Positions 48,100 to 58,272 of a DNA stretch of 64,000 bases are shown one piece after another. The DNA lies in IMG/VR virus record IMGVR_UViG_3300046542_000227, positions 124,001 through 188,000 of that record, one strand, 5' to 3'. The first letter of the stretch is position 1; the number at the start of each line of letters is the position of its first letter. The position numbers and the translations under genes are program-made. The notes below the pieces were generated by a model. That model was not told the DNA's origin and searched no databases. It was given only the letters and a program-made list of their open reading frames with translations.

Positions 48100-48456
48100 A
48101 TGCAGCAAAAATCCGAATTCCCTTTCGACGACCTTACCATGGAATCCGAACACGAAGTCTCGCGGGTCATCCGCTACTTCACGCTTCCCGGCATTGAACG
48201 TTGGGATGATCCCCAAACGGTCGAACACCACCTGCAGCAAACCAGCGGTGACTTCGCCTTGTTCTTCGCTACAGACGAACACCGGATCCCACGCATTGTC
48301 GTGGTCTTCGAAACCGGCTTCACTTTCAACTTCTACCTGTACCAAGTTGGTATCTCGCAGGATGATGCCGTGCGCTTGTTTAACGAGTTCATCGAAAAGA
48401 ACACCGATGCCGTTTGCGAGTTCATGCTCGAACATCCCCTGTGGTTGGCCGCTTAA
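48100..48456 (+). CDS. Acidic hypothetical protein co-transcribed with phuZ
   Basis: 118 aa between early promoter 48029 and phuZ; strong codon bias. Confidence 0.65.
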   Translation: MQQKSEFPFDDLTMESEHEVSRVIRYFTLPGIERWDDPQTVEHHLQQTSGDFALFFATDEHRIPRIVVVFETGFTFNFYLYQVGISQDDAVRLFNEFIEKNTDAVCEFMLEHPLWLAA

Positions 48457-48483
48457 TCCCCCTTTTCTACCTGGAGTAAAACC

Positions 48484-49482
48484 ATGCAACAAGCACAATT
48501 GCCAGCAGTACCAAAACTCGCCATCTTCTGTGCCGGTGCTTTCGGTATCACCACGGGCCTGCGTCAGCCTCAGAATGCTGATACCCGGGTTACCTACATC
48601 GACACCAGCGAAGCCAACCTGACCAGCGACATCGACGACGCCAAGTGCTACCGCATTCCAATGCCACCGGAAGCCGATGGTCGTGTAGTACGTGGCGGTG
48701 GTGGTCAAGATCGTCGCCGTACGGCCAAAGCGGCAATGCCACACATCGCTCCGATCCTGGAGCGTTTCGTGCCTGGCGCATTCAACCTGCTGGTGTTCTC
48801 GTGCTCGGGTGCATCCGGTTCGGTTATCTGCTCGTTGCTGGCTCGTCAACTGTCGGCCGCTGACCACAGCTTCCTGCTGCTGTGCGTTGGCGAAACCACC
48901 ACCACGAAATACCTGACCAACACCCGGGATACCTGGAAAGGTCTGGAGAACATGGCGCTGTCGACTGGCCGCCCATTCGTGATGTCCTACCACCACAACC
49001 GTCAAGGCGTGCCACAATCGGCCGTGGACCAAGATGTCGACTTCGTGATCGAAGCCGTCACCGCCCTGACCTGCCAGTTCAACAAAGACCTGGACGCCAG
49101 CGACATCCACAACGCCCTGAACTTCAACAACGTGACCTCGGTGCCACCACAACTGGCCACCATCTCGATCAGCGACAATCGCAAGACTGCCGCCGCCGTC
49201 ATGGAACCGATCACCCAACTGTCGCTCTACTGCGATCGCGACGAAGCCAGCGTCATCGGCACGCCGCATTACAGCAAGTTCGGCTACCCACAAGAACCAC
49301 TGGTCAGCGCTTTCGATCAGCTGCACTTCATCGTCAACACCATCTCGGTCGACGAGATCAGCAAAGATCTGCGTGAAGCCGAAACCGTGCAACAACAAGC
49401 TCACGGCAACTATCGCAAGCGCGCTGCGCTGGTGAATGTCCGTGATGACGAAGTGACCGCCGACGGCCTGGTTCTGTCTTAA
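48484..49482 (+). CDS. phuZ: Phage tubulin PhuZ
   Basis: CAGAFG, IDTS, GGGQDR, SGASGS signature variant, T7 loop LDASD, acidic C-tail DDEVTADGLV. Confidence 0.9.
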   Translation: MQQAQLPAVPKLAIFCAGAFGITTGLRQPQNADTRVTYIDTSEANLTSDIDDAKCYRIPMPPEADGRVVRGGGGQDRRRTAKAAMPHIAPILERFVPGAFNLLVFSCSGASGSVICSLLARQLSAADHSFLLLCVGETTTTKYLTNTRDTWKGLENMALSTGRPFVMSYHHNRQGVPQSAVDQDVDFVIEAVTALTCQFNKDLDASDIHNALNFNNVTSVPPQLATISISDNRKTAAAVMEPITQLSLYCDRDEASVIGTPHYSKFGYPQEPLVSAFDQLHFIVNTISVDEISKDLREAETVQQQAHGNYRKRAALVNVRDDEVTADGLVLS

Positions 49483-49500
49483 GTCACACGCCTAAAGATG

Positions 49501-49523
49501 GGGTGCCTTCGGGCACCCTTATC
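49501..49523 (+). terminator. Terminator hairpin after phuZ
   Basis: GGGTGCC-TTCG-GGCACCC followed by TTAT. Confidence 0.7.
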
Positions 49524-49603
49524 TTGTGGTAAATCCAATACCAAACTTTTTCTTTTTCTAATGGAGATGAAGCTATCGCATTTACACCCTGAGGAGTTAC
49601 CAG

Positions 49604-50107
49604 ATGGGGAAATCATTAACCAAGCAAATGGATGAGTTACTCGCCGATGACTTAGCGCTAGACCTCTTCCAGTTTACGGTGACCATTAAACACACATTGA
49701 AGCTTACTCGTGTGATCACGGGCTTCGTCTTTGCCTACAGTAAAGACAACCAGATCTACTACGACATGGTCCCATTGGTTTACGAACGCAATGGCATGCG
49801 AATCAAACTCCCCAAGTTTGCGATGCCCCCTGTGGTGAAGCAACGTATAGCCAAACATCAGTACCAGCGCTGGTATGTTTACAGTGACACGGTACTCTAT
49901 CCACTCCAAACGGCAAAACCCAATGTGCTCGAAGAATCCTTTATATTCACGGTAGACGATAACCCGTACTACCAAACACAAACCGCGTATCAAGAGGAAA
50001 CGATGTTCCTACGCAAGAAAGCATTGATGCATTGCCGACCCTTGAAGCCCGGATGGGGTGTTACATTGCGACGTAAACAAGTTGTAGAAAAGCTGGAACC
50101 AGCATAG
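49604..50107 (+). CDS. Hypothetical protein
   Basis: 167 aa, GAGGAG RBS. Confidence 0.6.
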   Translation: MGKSLTKQMDELLADDLALDLFQFTVTIKHTLKLTRVITGFVFAYSKDNQIYYDMVPLVYERNGMRIKLPKFAMPPVVKQRIAKHQYQRWYVYSDTVLYPLQTAKPNVLEESFIFTVDDNPYYQTQTAYQEETMFLRKKALMHCRPLKPGWGVTLRRKQVVEKLEPA

Positions 50108-50143
50108 ACCCCTCCCAGTGCCGGGAGGGGCTTATGTCGTTTT

Positions 50144-50509
50144 TTATTTCTGTGCTGGATCATTGGGTACGAGATAGAAGCGATAGGTCTCTTCAATCAA
50201 ACCTTCCCGTGATGGATGTGGATCCCAGTAGAGTGCATCACCTGACATCACCACACAATGGATCGATCCCCGTGGAGAAGGACCCGATGCAATACTGAGC
50301 ATGCCATCGTTGTGGGTATAACGCAGCGACAGGTGGTTATCCTCAAGCCAGTCTTCCACACGATCCCAGAACACCTCTGCCGAACAACCATCGTGATGGA
50401 AGTGCGGTACATCAGCCATCGGTCGATTCAGGTAAGTAGCAATACAAGCCTGCAGACAGTTCCCGAAGCGACCATTAGCTGGATCATGCAAGATGGACTG
50501 GTCGTGCAT
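50144..50509 (-). CDS. Papain-fold (C39-like) peptidase-like protein
   Basis: GNCLQAC, IHCVV and WDPHP give a Cys-His-Asp order; ATG abuts the upstream TAA. Confidence 0.55.
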   Translation of the reverse strand: MHDQSILHDPANGRFGNCLQACIATYLNRPMADVPHFHHDGCSAEVFWDRVEDWLEDNHLSLRYTHNDGMLSIASGPSPRGSIHCVVMSGDALYWDPHPSREGLIEETYRFYLVPNDPAQK

Positions 50510-51310
50510 TTAGATAGCCCCTACCATAGTGCGCAGTGTGCGACGGCGGGATTCTGGATCGTTGAAGTTCTGTGCCACGTTCTTCCACTTCTTCAGCGCC
50601 AGCTTGTAGTCTTCCAACGCGGAGGACCATTCATTGACGGCATCACCGAACACGCCGAGCTCTTGACCACCCGACAGGAACGCTTGACCGATCTTGACGC
50701 GATAGGTGTTGAAGATGTAAGCCTTGGTCGCCAGTACACAGAGTTCAGCAAAGTCCAAGATCGCTTGTGGGCGAATAAAGGTCAGCGCTTCATCGTTACC
50801 CAGACGGCAGCGCAAGAACGCAGCAGTATAAGGCAAGTAGGTGTACTTGACGATGAACGTGTTGTGGTTGATCAGGTTGATGTAGGAAGTAGCAGCTGGT
50901 GGAGTGCGCAGTGCCGAGTCGAGCACCTTACGCATTTCACCACCCATGGCCGATTCAGGGTAACGCATCACACCCGAGGCTACGCTGTAACCCAAGATGC
51001 CGAAGTGCACCGAGTAGATCTGACGGATCGGACGGTTCTGGGTGAGCTCTTCCGGGATGTGGTACATCACGGTGTATTGATCGATGTACTCGCTGGTGAC
51101 TTGACCGTCCAAAGGGATGTATGCCTCGGTGCCACCTACGATGTCCATGTCCACCAAAACCTTAGCATCGATGATCGCTTCTTGTAGGCGAGTCCGCATC
51201 GAGACCGGGCTGGAGCACATGTAAAAATCAGCCTGAGTAAAGAAGGCCTTCAAGATTTCTGGAGGGATTTCGAATTCGATGTCATCCAGAGCTTTAACCA
51301 ATGGGTTCAT
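50510..51310 (-). CDS. Conserved phiKZ-family protein (gp42-like by position)
   Basis: 266 aa with AGGAGG RBS and upstream TATG; synteny. Confidence 0.6.
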   Translation of the reverse strand: MNPLVKALDDIEFEIPPEILKAFFTQADFYMCSSPVSMRTRLQEAIIDAKVLVDMDIVGGTEAYIPLDGQVTSEYIDQYTVMYHIPEELTQNRPIRQIYSVHFGILGYSVASGVMRYPESAMGGEMRKVLDSALRTPPAATSYINLINHNTFIVKYTYLPYTAAFLRCRLGNDEALTFIRPQAILDFAELCVLATKAYIFNTYRVKIGQAFLSGGQELGVFGDAVNEWSSALEDYKLALKKWKNVAQNFNDPESRRRTLRTMVGAI

Positions 51311-51451
51311 AAAGCCTCCTAATTTGCCGTGTAAGGCGTTTTAACTAAATAAAGTACCCTCATACCTGATAGTATACTAGAGGGGGCGTATACGTGATCT
51401 AAAGGCGTTTCAGAACTACATCATAGACGTAGTTAACCTCGGGAACCACCT

Positions 51452-51787
51452 ATGAACAAACAAAACACGGCGATGTCTTACAAAATAGACATAGCGGCTG
51501 TGCTCAACGAGGTGCGCAATGTTCCGCCTACCCTCAATGGGTATCTGGTGGACGCTGATACGTTAGTTGACATATTCATACTGCGCACACTGAACTCATT
51601 CGAGGTCTGTACCTATTTCCCAACACCGCCGGTGATAACAGACCCGATCGTTCTGGCATGGATCGACAGCTTAGAATACGCAAAACGATTGTTGTGGCAA
51701 CTGTCCAAGGTCCCGCCGCAACACTCAGGAACACAGGTTTCGTATATACGTCAAGGCGAAAGCATTTGGCTATTCTACATCATTTAA
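51452..51787 (+). CDS. Hypothetical protein
   Basis: 111 aa; promoter variant CTACATCAT at 51416. Confidence 0.6.
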   Translation: MNKQNTAMSYKIDIAAVLNEVRNVPPTLNGYLVDADTLVDIFILRTLNSFEVCTYFPTPPVITDPIVLAWIDSLEYAKRLLWQLSKVPPQHSGTQVSYIRQGESIWLFYII

Positions 51788-51802
51788 CGGAATGCGAGAA
51801 AT

Positions 51803-52903
51803 ATGAGCGGTAAACTGTTCAGCCTGAATACCCGTTGCTACATCAGCCTCCTCCTCACTGTATCCGCCAACTACTGCAAACACCATAACGAGATCGCACA
51901 ATCAGGCCGCATTACTGAACCGTTCCACCGTACCTTGGTCACCCAACCGTTGATCCCATTCGATGCTCAACGCGCCATTGCGTTTATCCATGCCATGGTT
52001 AAAGCCGACGTGTCTTCGTTCTTGGCTTATGGCAAAGGCGATACTCAGTCCGACGTCATGGCTGAACTGTTGTTCGGCGAAGGCACTCAGTTGACCGGTG
52101 GTATCGGTCAGGTTGTGGATGACTTCATGTCGGTGGAAGAAGTCGATGACATTTATATGGACATCGATGGCCAGCTCTCACGGTTCTTGGAACGTGACAC
52201 GTGGGCGGTGGTTGACGTCTACGACATGGGCAAGTCGGTCAGCGTAGTCATTCAAGAAGACATGCGTATTAAGGAGTGGAAACAACTGCGTGGGTATCGC
52301 AGTACATTCACCCCAACGCTGGAACTTGAACTGTCTGACATGTTCAGCTACCTGCGCACCAAGACCAACCAGACCCTGAAGAAGATCGAAGTAAAGAAAG
52401 ACGAGGCTACCTTTACTGTGTGGCCGGGTGAACGTCTGGACTTCAAACCGATGTTGCTGGAAATGTTGCTGGTTCGTTATCCGAACCTGCGTACGGATTC
52501 CCAGATCGGTGCATCGACTGAACGTACTGCCGCTGGCGGTCCACGTAATGTTGAAATACTGGTGGCTGCAGGTCTGGTGAATAATGGCACTCAGGTTATT
52601 GACCTGAATGACCAACAGATCCGTACCGTCAACAACTTCATCGATCGTCTGGTTACGCCGGTCGTAGAATCCTACGCAGTACATCGCTTCATGCAGACGC
52701 TGGATCCACTGACTGTTTACACGGTCGAGATCACCAGCGCCGAGAAACTGGTCATCACCCGTCAAGACGACGACGTGGCGACTGTTACACCTGCTGACGA
52801 CAATGTGCGTTTGAAGGAACTGGCAGAATCCTACCTGCGTGGTGATTTCCTGCCAACCAAGGAACGTGAAGAAGCCGAACGCTACATTCAAGAAAACCAA
52901 TAA
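51803..52903 (+). CDS. Conserved phiKZ-family hypothetical protein
   Basis: 366 aa, biased codon usage, located in the gp43-gp49 interval. Confidence 0.6.
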   Translation: MSGKLFSLNTRCYISLLLTVSANYCKHHNEIAQSGRITEPFHRTLVTQPLIPFDAQRAIAFIHAMVKADVSSFLAYGKGDTQSDVMAELLFGEGTQLTGGIGQVVDDFMSVEEVDDIYMDIDGQLSRFLERDTWAVVDVYDMGKSVSVVIQEDMRIKEWKQLRGYRSTFTPTLELELSDMFSYLRTKTNQTLKKIEVKKDEATFTVWPGERLDFKPMLLEMLLVRYPNLRTDSQIGASTERTAAGGPRNVEILVAAGLVNNGTQVIDLNDQQIRTVNNFIDRLVTPVVESYAVHRFMQTLDPLTVYTVEITSAEKLVITRQDDDVATVTPADDNVRLKELAESYLRGDFLPTKEREEAERYIQENQ

Positions 52904-52951
52904 CAACGCTGAGCTCTGGGGTGACCCAGGGCTTATGCCCGGGCTACGACC

Positions 52952-53326
52952 ATGAGCAAGTCATTTATCTTCGTATTTGATCCCGAGATCTTATTGCCAG
53001 ATGGCCTGGCCAAGGAACCTTTTCGTAACAGTGAACACTACTTCCATGCCTTAGCATTCCTAACCAGCACGATCCGTGACTTTAATAGCGGTGTGAGTAT
53101 CTACCAAGGTGAGGATTACAACGAGAGTATGGATGAATGGTTTACCTCGTACATGGAGAACCACGACCTGTATCACCTAGAGGATGTTCGGGGCAGCATG
53201 ATGAAGAAAGCCACGCACATGCATAACCTGTTACCAGACGGAATCTTCGAACGGCTAGACATCCATGAGCTTAGACCTCGCGGTGTGTTCTATTCGGGGA
53301 TCATCCATGACATCGATTACCGTTAG
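52952..53326 (+). CDS. Hypothetical protein, tandem paralogue A
   Basis: FDPEILLP...RGVFYSGII. Confidence 0.6.
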   Translation: MSKSFIFVFDPEILLPDGLAKEPFRNSEHYFHALAFLTSTIRDFNSGVSIYQGEDYNESMDEWFTSYMENHDLYHLEDVRGSMMKKATHMHNLLPDGIFERLDIHELRPRGVFYSGIIHDIDYR

Positions 53327-53340
53327 TTTGGAAGCCTCTC

Positions 53341-53709
53341 ATGAGCAGAACCTTCTTAGCGTGTTTCAGCCCGGAAGACCTGCTGCCTAGAGATCCAGTC
53401 CTTAGGAAGCAGTATCGCTACGACATGGATTACTTTGACTCCCTAAGCATAGCTGCCGAAGCAATGCGGTTGCGTGCATGGAATCTGACCCATTCTAAAA
53501 AACGGACAGACAAACACTACAAAGCGATCGATGATATTGCCCATGGGCAGATCGAAGAACGGGTTGGGTTCAAGTACGTTCACATCGAAGAGATCTTAGC
53601 CGAGCGTGGGGAATACATGCAGCGGTTGTTACCGATGGGTGACATCAGCGACATGCGTTTGCATTGTTTACATGAACGTGGTGCCTTTTATACGGGGGTA
53701 TTGCAATGA
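53341..53709 (+). CDS. Hypothetical protein, tandem paralogue B
   Basis: FSPEDLLP...RGAFYTGVL. Confidence 0.6.
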   Translation: MSRTFLACFSPEDLLPRDPVLRKQYRYDMDYFDSLSIAAEAMRLRAWNLTHSKKRTDKHYKAIDDIAHGQIEERVGFKYVHIEEILAERGEYMQRLLPMGDISDMRLHCLHERGAFYTGVLQ

Positions 53710-54077
53710 AGGAGTTAATCGTCATGCCAATGACCCCCAAGAACAACATGTACGCTATCCGCATCACGGATCTGTTTACCGAACAGGAGATGGCTGTAGC
53801 CTTAACCCGGTTCAAGACCCGGCAAGGTGTGATCGAGTTCCTTGTAGACTTTACCGATTACACCTACATCTTCACCCATGATCTTACTGCGAAAGAGGTG
53901 GATCTGGGTAAGGTGCCACATGTCTTCGATGCGATTGTCAATGCGGCTCGACGACTGCGTTCGATCATCGGGTTCTCAGACACACGCCAAGTCGACAGCT
54001 ACCGGCTTACCCGCACAACGGTGTTCATCGTAGTCAGATACGAGGTCCCAACCAATGAACATACTGGTGACCTTTGA
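53706..54077 (+). CDS. Hypothetical protein
   Basis: 123 aa, ATGA overlap. Confidence 0.6.
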   Translation: MKELIVMPMTPKNNMYAIRITDLFTEQEMAVALTRFKTRQGVIEFLVDFTDYTYIFTHDLTAKEVDLGKVPHVFDAIVNAARRLRSIIGFSDTRQVDSYRLTRTTVFIVVRYEVPTNEHTGDL

Positions 54078-54564
54078 ATCAAGGTCGTTACAGTTTGGCC
54101 TATCCAAGTTTGACGATCATGAATCGGTTAAGGTAGCCATTACGTTGGTACTCCAATGGTTCCTTAACGCGGTGCATAGAAAGCTAACCCCTGACGACGT
54201 TATTGATAACATCGCACAGGTGGTTAGCGATACTTACGTTTATGCCGAGTATATGCTTGGCGACAATAGTTTGATCGACAATCGTACTGGGGTAGTGTCA
54301 ACCCTCAATTATCCAACGGTGCACAGTGAGTCTGATAAAAATTACCGGTTTGGCGAATACAGTACAGCCCATAGCAACTTGTACTGTCGTTACGGTGAAA
54401 TAGTCGAACACATCGTGCTGAACTACGCACGTCAAGCGATGGGGTTTCTTCAGACCCTAGAGCAAGACAAGCACGGCACCAGCATTCAGTGCTTGGAATA
54501 CACCGAGCGGTATATAGCTGCCCTCGTGCATTGCCGGAATCTTATCGAGTACAACAATGAATGA
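54055..54564 (+). CDS. Hypothetical protein
   Basis: 169 aa, GAGG RBS. Confidence 0.6.
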   Translation: MNILVTFESRSLQFGLSKFDDHESVKVAITLVLQWFLNAVHRKLTPDDVIDNIAQVVSDTYVYAEYMLGDNSLIDNRTGVVSTLNYPTVHSESDKNYRFGEYSTAHSNLYCRYGEIVEHIVLNYARQAMGFLQTLEQDKHGTSIQCLEYTERYIAALVHCRNLIEYNNE

Positions 54565-55063
54565 CATCGTACGTACTGCCCCGTTTCATGCCCACGTAAT
54601 GGTGGACACTACTTTCGTCATGGAACAGTTCCGCCCGATCATGACGATGATGGAAGCCTGCATCTCCAATGCTGATGCTGCCATGTACCGCGCCTTCGAT
54701 ATCGATGGTGCCTACATGCGTCTGTTCGAAGCAGCGGATCACTTCCTAGCTTTCGAGCTGGGACGAAAGCGGGGCAACATTGGCTTTGACTTCTATATAC
54801 AGGAGTACTTTGCCCAACCTGCCCAGTACCTCATGGCTAACCAAGACTTCATGCGTGCTGGTGGTATCTACTTCGCCAATGCCGTGGGTTACCTAACCCG
54901 TTGCCTGAACCTCGCTAGACTCAATGCTGAGGAGATCGGTGCGGTGGTGGTTGAGGTTGACTCCACCCCGTATAACGGATGGGGGTTGTTTACCTACATC
55001 GTGACTGCTCATTTTGACAATCACCTGTATGTAGATGTACAAACTCCCGGCATGGTCTACTGA
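54557..55063 (+). CDS. Hypothetical protein
   Basis: 168 aa, overlaps upstream stop. Confidence 0.6.
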   Translation: MNDIVRTAPFHAHVMVDTTFVMEQFRPIMTMMEACISNADAAMYRAFDIDGAYMRLFEAADHFLAFELGRKRGNIGFDFYIQEYFAQPAQYLMANQDFMRAGGIYFANAVGYLTRCLNLARLNAEEIGAVVVEVDSTPYNGWGLFTYIVTAHFDNHLYVDVQTPGMVY

Positions 55064-55149
55064 ACGGTATGTGAAAAGAACAACCGATCTTGACGTCCGT
55101 GACTAATGACAGAATAAATCGGATACCAAGATCGTTTAGGAGCATCACC

Positions 55150-55533
55150 ATGAACATCGCCATCAACTTCTATAGTGCGGACTACGCCAAGTTCGTTGAA
55201 GAGCGGGTCGAGGAAGTCTACCGTGACACGGACGCTGAATACAATGGCGTTCGTTTGCTGCAAGGTATTGCCCACGACATGACCATTCGGTTTTACGATT
55301 ACCTCGTGCCGAACACCATCAGTCGTGAAGACCTGTTGGAAGACGAAGACCCAGTATTGGTTTTGTTAACCCGCCTCATGATCCTGTTAGAAAAGACTTA
55401 CCCCACGGCCAGCGTTATAGGCTTCTACCCCGTGGACCTGAAAGGGCATGTCCTCGGCGTGATTCATGTACCCAACGGCCAAGGGTTCATCAATGCCACC
55501 TCCATTAACCACTTATCAGGATGCGCAACATGA
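55150..55533 (+). CDS. Hypothetical protein
   Basis: AGGAG RBS places start at 55150. Confidence 0.6.
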   Translation: MNIAINFYSADYAKFVEERVEEVYRDTDAEYNGVRLLQGIAHDMTIRFYDYLVPNTISREDLLEDEDPVLVLLTRLMILLEKTYPTASVIGFYPVDLKGHVLGVIHVPNGQGFINATSINHLSGCAT

Positions 55534-55946
55534 GTACTGATATTAGCAACATCCAGATCGGCCAACGGTTCTCCTTCGAGGTGTATCCGTCGTCGATCAT
55601 GGGCAACAACTTCAAGGACGTCGTGCTGGAAGGTGTGCTGAGTCCAGACATGGCCCGTGCGTTCGGTATCGACATTGTTAGCCTGCACGCTAACGTGTAC
55701 CGTACCTTGCCTTCCACGGTGCCCAATGACCCCACCAAGTACAACTACATTCGCGTTCGTCACCAGAACAACAGCTTCAGCGTTGTAGGTATCCCGTACG
55801 TGCGTCCAGACAGCGTCGTGATCTCTACCCACGGCGTACTGAACCTGCGCTTTGACGGTGTGACCCAACAGGACCAAACCCGGATCCTCAACGCACTGTC
55901 GGCCAACGGTTACTCACCATCGGTAAACCTGTTGACGCAACAATAA
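55530..55946 (+). CDS. Conserved phiKZ-family protein (gp49-like by position)
   Basis: Directly upstream of the DNA polymerase subunit; ATGA overlap. Confidence 0.55.
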   Translation: MSTDISNIQIGQRFSFEVYPSSIMGNNFKDVVLEGVLSPDMARAFGIDIVSLHANVYRTLPSTVPNDPTKYNYIRVRHQNNSFSVVGIPYVRPDSVVISTHGVLNLRFDGVTQQDQTRILNALSANGYSPSVNLLTQQ

Positions 55947-56043
55947 TACCCTTGTGTTTAATGGATTGCCATGGTCGACTCATGGTAATTCTCCGATCGA
56001 AATTTGACTCCCCTTCGGGGGAGTCTTTTATTCAGGATGGCAC

Positions 56044-58215
56044 ATGGGTATTCGCAATGCATTCGTTCTCCCGGATTCGGAATATATCCGGGATCTGAAT
56101 ATCATCGACGGCACCATCGACGATAACGCCCGTTACGTTTCGTTGATGACACAAGACCCGTACGAAGAGTGCCGTGTGTTTGTACACGGTCTGCTCGCAC
56201 CAGAAGGTGAATTCAAACTGCGTAACCCCAAAGCGTTGATCCTGGACAAGGATCTGAACGGTGACCGTAAAGCGGTGACTGGAAACGTCATGGGTTTCAT
56301 CAAACGTGTGGAGCAACAAGGTCTCCTCCTGTCGCCGTCGATGACGGCTTATATGCCCTCAGCTCAACGCCAATCTACCCACGCTCTCTACATCGAAGAA
56401 GGTGTAAAGAACCGTTCGGTGGTAAAGCGGGAGATGATGGACTCGGAGCGTGCCGCTACTACGGAGAAAGATCCGCTCAAGAAGACGACACACAAAGAAC
56501 GTGCGCTGATGAAAAAGGGTGCACAAAACAACCTGAAGATCAACAATAACTCCTACTCAGGAGCCACGGTATCTGTTGCAACGATTCTGCATTACAAGTC
56601 GACTCACTCTTCATTGACCTCGACCTGCCGTAGTGCAACCTCTTACGCGAACGCTTCGAACGAGAAGTTCATCCGAGGCAACCGCCACTATTACACACCA
56701 GAAGTGGTTAAGGCCAACCTGGTAAGTTTGGTTAACCTTGCGCCATTGCAACAGGTTGAACAAGCTGTTGAGCAGTACGGTCTGTGCTACCCATCGCCAG
56801 ATCAGGTGATGGAGATGGTTTGGGAATCCAGTCGCCACTATTGGCAAGAGACTCCTGAGCTGGACAAGATCCGTCTGATGGTGACTAACATGACGCCAGT
56901 GCAACGCGCTGCGGTTATGTACGTCGGTGACATGTACCACCTGTACCTGCTTAACAAAGAACCAATCCGCAAGTTCCTGTTCCAGCTCTCGGCTGTGGGT
57001 AATCCAGCTACCGATATGCTGACTGACTCCGAGTACGACGATGTCGATGGTGACACGAAGCTGCTGGCTACCTTTATCTGCTATCAGGAAGTGGCTGGTC
57101 GCAAGATGAAGGAAATGAAAGAGCAGAACATGGATGACTATAACAAGGTCATCGCTACTGCCGGTAACGTACTGAAGACACTGGAAGAATACGAGCTGAT
57201 GCTCAAAGCGTTCTTCCTGACCAAGTGCTTGCCTTCATCTATTCATGCCTTCCCATCGATCCGTCGTAAAGCTGTACCGATCTCCGACACAGACTCCACG
57301 ATGTTTACATTGATGTGGTGGGTCAATGAACTGTTCGGTGAAGAAGAAGCCTTCTCGGCTGCTGCTCGCCGTCTGACGTTCGCCATGGTGTTCATGGTAT
57401 CGGAAGTGGTAATGCACATCCTCGCTGTGCTGTCGCGCAACATGGGTGTGGCTGATGACAAACTACGCTTGCTGGCGATGAAGAACGAGTACTACTTTGA
57501 AGTGCTCAGTCTCACCGCTCGCTCGAAGCACTACTATGCGTCTCAGGACGCTCTGGAAGGCCTCATGTTCAGCAAAGCGAAGATGGAGGTGAAAGGAGTA
57601 GGGCTCAGGGACTCTAAGGTTCCTCCGCGCATTCAGGCCCAAGCCAAGAAGATGATGGAGCGTATCATCAACACCATCAAGGCTGGCAAGAAGATCCAAC
57701 TCCACGACCTCCTCACCGAAGTCGCCAATATCGAACGCAGTATCAAACACTCGTTGGAGACTGGTCAGTTTGAATACTTGACCACAGCTCAGGTTAAACC
57801 GGCTGACTCCTACAAGTCGGATGAGAACGCAACCTTTAAACAGTACTCGCTGTGGCAGGATGTGTTTGCTCCGTCGTTTGGCAATACCCAGAAGCCGCCT
57901 TACCAAGCGGTGAAGCTCAGTCTGGTTACGCACAACAAAACCGAAGTCGATGCATGGTGTGAGAAGATGAACAACCCGGCGCTGGCGCTGCGGTTGAAGA
58001 CCTGGATGATGAAAGAAGGTAAGCGTGATATGAATACCTTGATCATCCCGGCAGCGGTAGTAGAGTCCTCCGGTATTCCCCGTGAGATTACCTGTGCTAT
58101 CGATACCCGTCGCGTTATCAGTAACGTAATGGGTGCGTTCTACATTATCCTTGAATCACTTGGCATCATGTTGGTAGAGAAGAATAACATCCGTTTGATC
58201 TCTGACTACTATTGA
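56044..58215 (+). CDS. Family-B DNA polymerase catalytic subunit (phiKZ gp50-like, split polymerase)
   Basis: Motif B QNNLKINNNSYSG and motif C ISDTDS; motif A and exonuclease motifs absent, as expected for the split enzyme. Confidence 0.85.
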   Translation: MGIRNAFVLPDSEYIRDLNIIDGTIDDNARYVSLMTQDPYEECRVFVHGLLAPEGEFKLRNPKALILDKDLNGDRKAVTGNVMGFIKRVEQQGLLLSPSMTAYMPSAQRQSTHALYIEEGVKNRSVVKREMMDSERAATTEKDPLKKTTHKERALMKKGAQNNLKINNNSYSGATVSVATILHYKSTHSSLTSTCRSATSYANASNEKFIRGNRHYYTPEVVKANLVSLVNLAPLQQVEQAVEQYGLCYPSPDQVMEMVWESSRHYWQETPELDKIRLMVTNMTPVQRAAVMYVGDMYHLYLLNKEPIRKFLFQLSAVGNPATDMLTDSEYDDVDGDTKLLATFICYQEVAGRKMKEMKEQNMDDYNKVIATAGNVLKTLEEYELMLKAFFLTKCLPSSIHAFPSIRRKAVPISDTDSTMFTLMWWVNELFGEEEAFSAAARRLTFAMVFMVSEVVMHILAVLSRNMGVADDKLRLLAMKNEYYFEVLSLTARSKHYYASQDALEGLMFSKAKMEVKGVGLRDSKVPPRIQAQAKKMMERIINTIKAGKKIQLHDLLTEVANIERSIKHSLETGQFEYLTTAQVKPADSYKSDENATFKQYSLWQDVFAPSFGNTQKPPYQAVKLSLVTHNKTEVDAWCEKMNNPALALRLKTWMMKEGKRDMNTLIIPAAVVESSGIPREITCAIDTRRVISNVMGAFYIILESLGIMLVEKNNIRLISDYY

Positions 58216-58272
58216 TACACCGCCCCGGGTAATACCGGGGCTTCTTTTATTCCGTCTATGGGGACAATAACA

